From positions 1 to 11,307 of the forward strand of contig JBBIJD010000055.1 in NCBI GenBank assembly GCA_037446135.1: a stretch of DNA of 11,307 nt, read 5' to 3'. Shown piece after piece: positions 6,406 to 11,307 of the stretch. Every line of letters begins with the position of its first letter. Position 1 is the stretch's first letter. The position numbers and the translations under genes are program-made. The stretch is from Candidatus Fraserbacteria bacterium. GTDB lineage: Bacteria > Bipolaricaulota > Bipolaricaulia > RBG-16-55-9 > JANLFV01. The notes under the pieces are model-generated. The model ran no database searches and was not told the origin of the DNA. It worked only from the letters and a program-made list of their open reading frames with translations.

Positions 6406-8205
6406 GTGAACAAGTTCATCCTGCTGGCGATCGCGCTGGCGGTGGGCCTGCTGCTCCTGGTGTGGTGGCTTCCGAGCCTGAGCCCCAGCTCGGTCTCGGT
6501 CCAGCCCACTCTGCCGGAGGAGGCATACACCGAGGTTGAGAGAGGGAGCTTCGCCATCGCTCGAGGGCAAGGGCGAGGGGGCGCTCTCCTTGGCGAGGAG
6601 CACTACACCTTGGGCCGCTCACCTCAGGGTCAGGGGAATCTGCGGCTCATCTCCCAGGTGGAGCTCACCGTCCAGGGCGTGGAGCTGGTCATGGCCCAGG
6701 AGCTCCGGCTGGCGCCCGACCTGAAGCCGCTCTTTTACCGTCTAGAGGCGGATACCCCTCAGGGGAAGCAGGAGATCGAGGTCCTCTTCGCGGGCGAGCG
6801 GGCCGAGCTCTCGGCCCGAGGGGGCGGCCTCCGCCTCGAGAAGGAGTTCACTAGCGCAGAAGGCTTCCTAGTGGTTGATAATAACCTCCCCAGCCACCTC
6901 CTGATCGTCTACGAGCTGATCCGGAGCAGAGGGGAGCTGGAGGCCACGGCCCTCGTCCCTCAGGCACTGGTGGCGATACCGCTGCGGGCCGCGCGCGCCG
7001 GCTCGGTCGGGCTCACCCTCTCAGGCGGCGGGCCGGGGCTGGCAGCGGAGCGGTTCTCGCTCTGGCTCGGCGATGTCCAGTTTCAGCTCTACGCCGCGGA
7101 GGGGGAGCTAATCGGGGGGAAGTTCCCCGGGGAGATCCTGATCTACCGGAACGATCGCTTCCCTGAGGGCTTCGTGGTAGCGGAGGAGCTGGAAGAAGGT
7201 GTCCCCAGTGAGGAGCTGCCCCCGGGGGTTCGCGAGGAGGAGGTCTCCTTTGCCAGCTTCGATGGGGTCAACATCTCCGGGAGCCTCACCCTCCCTGAGG
7301 GGGCGACCGGGCCTGTCCCAGCGGTCTTAATGATCGCCGGCTCAGGGCCGACGGATCGCGATGAGAACGCACCCGGGCTCAGGACGGATTTCTTCAAGGC
7401 GGTGGCCTACGCCCTGGCTCAGGCGGGCCTCGGGAGCCTCAGGTATGACAAGCGCGGTGTGGGAAGGAGCGAGGGGGAGTTCCGCCGGGCAGGCCTCTCA
7501 GACCTGGTAGGCGATGCCCGCGCTGCCCTGGAATACCTTCGTGCTCGATCTGAGGTCGACCCTCAGAGGGTCTTCCTCTTGGGGCACAGTGAGGGCGGGG
7601 TAATCGCGCCCCTCCTGGCTGTGGCCGCCCCGGGTGGAGGCGAAGCAGTTAGCGGGCTGGTCCTCATCGCAGCGCCGGCCCATCCGCTCGATTGGCTCCT
7701 GCTCGAGCAGGCCGAGCTGATCGGTCGGGCGCTCGGCCTACCCGAGGAGGCGATCGCGAAAGAGCTAGACCGCCTCCGGCGGTTCATCGCGTTCGTCAAG
7801 GCTAGCGAGGGCGATTGGGAGGACTACTCCCTCGAGGAGGTCCGTCGCTGGCTGCCGGAGCTCACCCCGCTGGAGTTCGAGGCCTACAAGGCGATCTCAC
7901 TCAGATGGTATCGCGAGCACTTCGCCCACGATCCGCTCCACACGATCCGCCAAGTCCGGGTCCCTGTGCTCATCATCCATGGGGAGAAGGACATCCAGGT
8001 GCCGCCTGGGGAGGGGGAACTCCTCTTCCAGGCGCTCCAGGAGGCCGGAAACGAGGAGGTAGAGCTACACCTCCTGCCCGACCTGAACCACCTGATGCGC
8101 TACCATCCTGAAGAGCCCACCATAGCCTACCGCCACCTCGATGAGCCCGTGGACGAGGGAGTATTGGGGATCATCCTTGACTGGCTCAGGGCTCGCGGAG
8201 GGTGA
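6406..8205 (+). CDS. Secreted or membrane-anchored two-domain alpha/beta hydrolase (serine esterase/peptidase), 599 aa
   Basis: RBS GAGGAGG then GTG; N-terminal hydrophobic signal/anchor. C-terminal domain has GSGPTDRD, RYDKRGVG, nucleophile GHSEG (7582-7596), HGEKDIQV (Asp) and LNHLM (His). Confidence 0.92.
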   Translation: MNKFILLAIALAVGLLLLVWWLPSLSPSSVSVQPTLPEEAYTEVERGSFAIARGQGRGGALLGEEHYTLGRSPQGQGNLRLISQVELTVQGVELVMAQELRLAPDLKPLFYRLEADTPQGKQEIEVLFAGERAELSARGGGLRLEKEFTSAEGFLVVDNNLPSHLLIVYELIRSRGELEATALVPQALVAIPLRAARAGSVGLTLSGGGPGLAAERFSLWLGDVQFQLYAAEGELIGGKFPGEILIYRNDRFPEGFVVAEELEEGVPSEELPPGVREEEVSFASFDGVNISGSLTLPEGATGPVPAVLMIAGSGPTDRDENAPGLRTDFFKAVAYALAQAGLGSLRYDKRGVGRSEGEFRRAGLSDLVGDARAALEYLRARSEVDPQRVFLLGHSEGGVIAPLLAVAAPGGGEAVSGLVLIAAPAHPLDWLLLEQAELIGRALGLPEEAIAKELDRLRRFIAFVKASEGDWEDYSLEEVRRWLPELTPLEFEAYKAISLRWYREHFAHDPLHTIRQVRVPVLIIHGEKDIQVPPGEGELLFQALQEAGNEEVELHLLPDLNHLMRYHPEEPTIAYRHLDEPVDEGVLGIILDWLRARGG

Positions 8206-8215
8206 GCTGAGCCAG
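8181..8215 (+). other. Stem-loop spanning the hydrolase stop codon; possible 3'-end structure or atypical terminator
   Basis: CTGGCTCA (8181-8188) pairs with TGAGCCAG (8208-8215); GG bulge; GCTCGC (8191-8196) pairs with GTGAGC (8202-8207, one G-U); loop GGAGG. No U-tract follows. Confidence 0.4.
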
Positions 8216-8234
8216 GGCTAAAGAAAACGACCGG

Positions 8235-8263
8235 TGGACAACGGTGATCTTGCCGGTTAAAAT
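8235..8263 (+). promoter_or_regulatory. Putative sigma-70 promoter for tRNA-Gln/gltX/glnS
   Basis: TGGACA (8235-8240), 17-nt spacer, TAAAAT (8258-8263). A-rich UP-like tract at 8219-8227. Ends 20 nt before the tRNA. Confidence 0.75.
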
Positions 8264-8283
8264 CAAAAGGTGGCCGCGCCACT

Positions 8284-8357
8284 TGAGGGGTCGTCTAATG
8301 GTAGGACGCTGGCCTTTGGAGCCAAGAACGGAGGTTCGAATCCTCCCCCCTCAGCCA
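8284..8357 (+). tRNA. tRNA-Gln, anticodon UUG
   Basis: 74-nt cloverleaf: acceptor TGAGGGG/CCCCTCA, D-arm GTC-TAATGGTAG-GAC, anticodon loop CTTTGGA (TTG at 8316-8318), T-arm GGAGG-TTCGAAT-CCTCC, discriminator G, encoded CCA, U1-A72 pair typical of bacterial tRNA-Gln. Confidence 0.97.
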
Positions 8358-8399
8358 GGTCTAAAGATATCCTCTATCTTCCTTAACCGGGAGTGAACC

Positions 8400-9704
8400 A
8401 TGAAGCCCAGGGTCCGCTTTGCCCCCTCTCCCACTGGGGCCCTCCATGTCGGCGGGGCCAGGACGGCCCTCTTCAATTGGCTCTTCGCCCGCCATCACGG
8501 CGGGGACTTCATCCTGAGGATCGAGGATACCGATCGGAGCCGCTCGACTGAGGAATCGATTGAAGAGATCAAGGCCGCTTTGCGTTGGCTCGGCCTCGAC
8601 TGGGACGAATACTACCGCGAGACCGAGCGGTTCCCACTCTATCAGAAGGCCGCGGAGAGACTACTGAATGAGGGGAAGGCCTATGAACAAGAGGGGGCCT
8701 GGTGGTTCCAGGTCCCCCGGCCCGGCTCAACGACCGTCCACGACCTCCTCTTGGGGGATGTGACTTACGACCATGAGCTGATCAAGGACTTCGTCATCCG
8801 CCGGAGTGACGGCTCGTTCACTTATAACTTCGCCTGCGCCGTGGACGATGCCGATCTGGGGATCACGCATGTGATCCGGGCGAATGAGCATCTGAACAAT
8901 ACGCCGCGTCAGATCCTGGTCTATCAAGCCCTGGGCTTGGAGCCGCCCGCATTCGCTCACCTCCCGATGGTCCTCTCCAAGGAGAGGACCAAGCTCTCCA
9001 AGCGCCACGGGGCCACCTCGGTCTTCGAGTATCGCGACCAGGGATTCCTCCCGGAGGCATTAATCAATTTTCTGGTCCGCCTCGGCTGGTCCCACGGAGA
9101 TCAGGAGATCTTCTCGAAAGAGGAGATGGTCGCCCTCTTTGACCTCAAGGATGTCAATGTCTCCGCCGCGGTCTTCGATGAGGAGAAGCTCCTCTGGCTC
9201 AATCAGCATTATCTCAAGACCGGGGACCCCCAGAGGCTGGGGGAGTTATTGCGGGAGTTCTTGGTCAAGCGGGGGATCGTCCCGCAAGAGGAAGCTGATC
9301 CCATCCCTAAAGAGAAGCTGGCCAAGGCGATCGAGCTCTTCCGCGAGCGGAGCCGGACCCTGATGGAGTTAGCGGAGAAGGCAAGCTTCATCTTCTCCGA
9401 TCATCTGGAGTATGACCCGAAGGGGGTCGAGGAATTCCTCACCTCGGAGAAGGGGCCGCTCTTGCAGGGATTGGTGAGCGCACTGGCCGAGTTGAACGAC
9501 TTCACCGCGGCCAAGGTTGAGGAGGCCACTCGCGCCTACCTCGAGCGGATGGGGCACTCACTGAAGGAGATCGCCCAGTCCTGCCGGGTGGCCCTCACAG
9601 GGAAGACCGCCGGACCGGGGCTCTTCGAGACGATGGAGGCCCTGGGAAAGGAGCGGGTCCTCTCCCGGCTTAGGCGGGCAGTTGAGTTGATCAAGGAGGG
9701 CTAA
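8400..9704 (+). CDS. gltX: Glutamate--tRNA ligase, compact form (434 aa)
   Basis: RVRFAPSPTGALHVGG (HIGH motif), LRIEDTD, YNFACAVDD, ITHVIR, KLSKRHG (KMSKS motif), helical anticodon-binding domain ending RVALTG...GPGL. Confidence 0.96.
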   Translation: MKPRVRFAPSPTGALHVGGARTALFNWLFARHHGGDFILRIEDTDRSRSTEESIEEIKAALRWLGLDWDEYYRETERFPLYQKAAERLLNEGKAYEQEGAWWFQVPRPGSTTVHDLLLGDVTYDHELIKDFVIRRSDGSFTYNFACAVDDADLGITHVIRANEHLNNTPRQILVYQALGLEPPAFAHLPMVLSKERTKLSKRHGATSVFEYRDQGFLPEALINFLVRLGWSHGDQEIFSKEEMVALFDLKDVNVSAAVFDEEKLLWLNQHYLKTGDPQRLGELLREFLVKRGIVPQEEADPIPKEKLAKAIELFRERSRTLMELAEKASFIFSDHLEYDPKGVEEFLTSEKGPLLQGLVSALAELNDFTAAKVEEATRAYLERMGHSLKEIAQSCRVALTGKTAGPGLFETMEALGKERVLSRLRRAVELIKEG

Positions 9705-9710
9705 GCTAGG

Positions 9711-11307
9711 ATGGAAGAAGTGCGACTTACGCCCCAGGACTTCATCCGTGAGATCATCATCGAGGACTTAAAGAGCGGCCGGTATGACCGAGTCCATACC
9801 CGCTTCCCGCCCGAGCCGAACGGCTACCTCCACATCGGCCATGCCAAGAGCGTCCTCCTCAACTACTGGATCGCCCAGGAGTTCGGAGGGAAATTCAACT
9901 TAAGGTTCGACGACACCAATCCGGAGAAGGAGAGCGCTGAATATGTCGAGGCGATCAAGCGGGATGTCCGCTGGCTCGGGGCGGACTGGGAGGACCGGGA
10001 ATTCTATGCCTCGGACTACTTCGAGCAGCTCTATGAATGGGCCGAATACCTGATCAAGCAGGGGAAGGCCTATGTGGACGACCTCTCCCCGGAGGAGATG
10101 AGCGAATACCGCGGGAAGGCCATCCAGCAAGGGGACCAGATCATTACACCTCCGGGGAAGGAGAGCCCCTATCGGAATCGCTCGGTGGAAGAGAACCTCG
10201 ATCTCTTCCGGAGGATGCGGGCCGGGGAGTTCCCCGAGGGCTCGAAGACATTGCGGGCCAAGATCGACATGAGCCATCCGAACCTGAACATGCGCGATCC
10301 CGTGATGTATCGGATCATTCATGCCCCTCACCATCGGACCGGCGATAAGTGGTGCATCTACCCCACCTACGACTGGGCCCACGGCCAGTCGGATGCCATC
10401 GAGGGGATCACCCACAGCATCTGCACCATGGAGTTCGAGGTCCACCGGCCGCTGTATGAATGGTTCCTCGAGAACCTGCCCATCCCACATAAGCCGCGAC
10501 AGATCGAGTTCGCCCGGCTCAACCTCACCTACACGGTGATGAGCAAGCGGCTGCTCTTGCGATTGGTCCAAGAGGGCCATGTCCGCGGCTGGGACGATCC
10601 GAGGCTCCCGACCCTCGCGGGGATGCGCCGAAGAGGCTATACGCCGGAGGCGATCCAGGAGTTCGTCCGGAGGATCGGTGTCTCCAAGACCGAGAGCATC
10701 GTGGAGTATGAGCTCCTGGAGCACTGCGTCCGCCAGGACTTGAATAAGCGGGCCGAGCGGAGGATGGCGGTCCTCGAGCCCCTAAAAGTCGTGATCACCA
10801 ACTATCCCGATGATCAGGTAGAGTGGTTCGACGCGATCAATAACCCCGAGGACCCCGCGGCCGGGACGAGGAAGGTCCCCTTCTCCAAGGTCATCTACAT
10901 CGAGCGGGAGGACTTCATGGAGGAGCCCCCGCCGGAGTTCTTCCGCCTCGCTCCGGGGAGGGAGGTGCGGCTCCGGTATGCCTACTTCATCAAGTGCACC
11001 GATGTGGTCAAAGGCAAAACCGGCGAAGCCGTCGAGCTCCACTGCACCTATGATCCGGCCACGCGCGGCGGGGACGCGCCAGACGGACGGAAGGTGAAGG
11101 CCACCCTGCACTGGGTCTCGGCAAAGCATGCGGTCGAGGCCGAAGTCCGCCTCTATGACCGCCTCTTCACCAAGCCGGACCCGCTCGAGGTCCCTGAAGG
11201 GCACGACTGGCTCGAGAACCTCAACCCGAATTCGCTCATCGTGCTCCAGGGGTGCAAGCTCGAGCCGAGCCTGGCCGAGGCCAAGCCTGGCGAGCGCTAT
11301 CAGTTTG
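9711..11307 (+). CDS. glnS: Glutamine--tRNA ligase, 3' end truncated by the window edge
   Basis: Absent from the ORF track because no stop falls in the window. Manual translation from ATG 9711 (AAGGAGG at 9693-9699): [16 protein letters not shown]...[18 protein letters not shown]...RFDDTNP...MRDPVMYRI...WCIYPTYD...VMSKR...GWDDPRLPT...[16 protein letters not shown]...[10 protein letters not shown]...ERYQF. Confidence 0.97.
   Translation, partial: MEEVRLTPQDFIREIIIEDLKSGRYDRVHTRFPPEPNGYLHIGHAKSVLLNYWIAQEFGGKFNLRFDDTNPEKESAEYVEAIKRDVRWLGADWEDREFYASDYFEQLYEWAEYLIKQGKAYVDDLSPEEMSEYRGKAIQQGDQIITPPGKESPYRNRSVEENLDLFRRMRAGEFPEGSKTLRAKIDMSHPNLNMRDPVMYRIIHAPHHRTGDKWCIYPTYDWAHGQSDAIEGITHSICTMEFEVHRPLYEWFLENLPIPHKPRQIEFARLNLTYTVMSKRLLLRLVQEGHVRGWDDPRLPTLAGMRRRGYTPEAIQEFVRRIGVSKTESIVEYELLEHCVRQDLNKRAERRMAVLEPLKVVITNYPDDQVEWFDAINNPEDPAAGTRKVPFSKVIYIEREDFMEEPPPEFFRLAPGREVRLRYAYFIKCTDVVKGKTGEAVELHCTYDPATRGGDAPDGRKVKATLHWVSAKHAVEAEVRLYDRLFTKPDPLEVPEGHDWLENLNPNSLIVLQGCKLEPSLAEAKPGERYQF

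Noticed and set aside
8364..8380. AAGATA-TCCTC-TATCTT inverted repeat after the tRNA as a terminator
   Set aside because: Weak AU-rich 6-bp stem with no proper U-tract; at most a processing signal.
9900..10724. 274-aa minus-strand ORF (also 10782-11204 and 10037-10348)
   Set aside because: These overlap the clearly recognisable glnS frame. Long antisense and alternate-frame ORFs are expected from GC-rich codon bias, and they show no protein motifs.
1..11307. Prophage, integrative element, CRISPR array or defence system
   Set aside because: No integrase, transposase, cas or phage genes, no regularly spaced repeats and no evident compositional shift; sequence downstream of the tRNA is housekeeping.

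Overview
GC-rich bacterial chromosomal region; every supported gene is on the + strand. In order: 3' end of dihydroorotase (pyrC), pyrE, a short RpoD/RpoS-type sigma-70 factor lacking region 1.1, an overlapping 428-aa protein of unknown function, a 102-aa membrane protein, a divergent CDP-alcohol phosphatidyltransferase, a translationally coupled GNAT/ABC ATPase/ABC-2 permease trio, a secreted or anchored two-domain alpha/beta hydrolase, then tRNA-Gln(UUG), gltX and glnS. glnS runs off the window and is missing from the supplied ORF track. Four near-consensus sigma-70 promoters, two buried in upstream coding ends, split the run into several transcription units. No mobile element or CRISPR array was seen. 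The best leads are (i) the Glx-tRNA module, where GluRS lacks its zinc-binding insert, GlnRS is altered at two acceptor-stem contact elements and the adjacent tRNA-Gln has A3-U70, and (ii) the sigma-coupled 428-aa unknown enzyme-like protein beside an atypical phosphatidyltransferase. All homolog comparisons are from recalled family motifs, not from searches.
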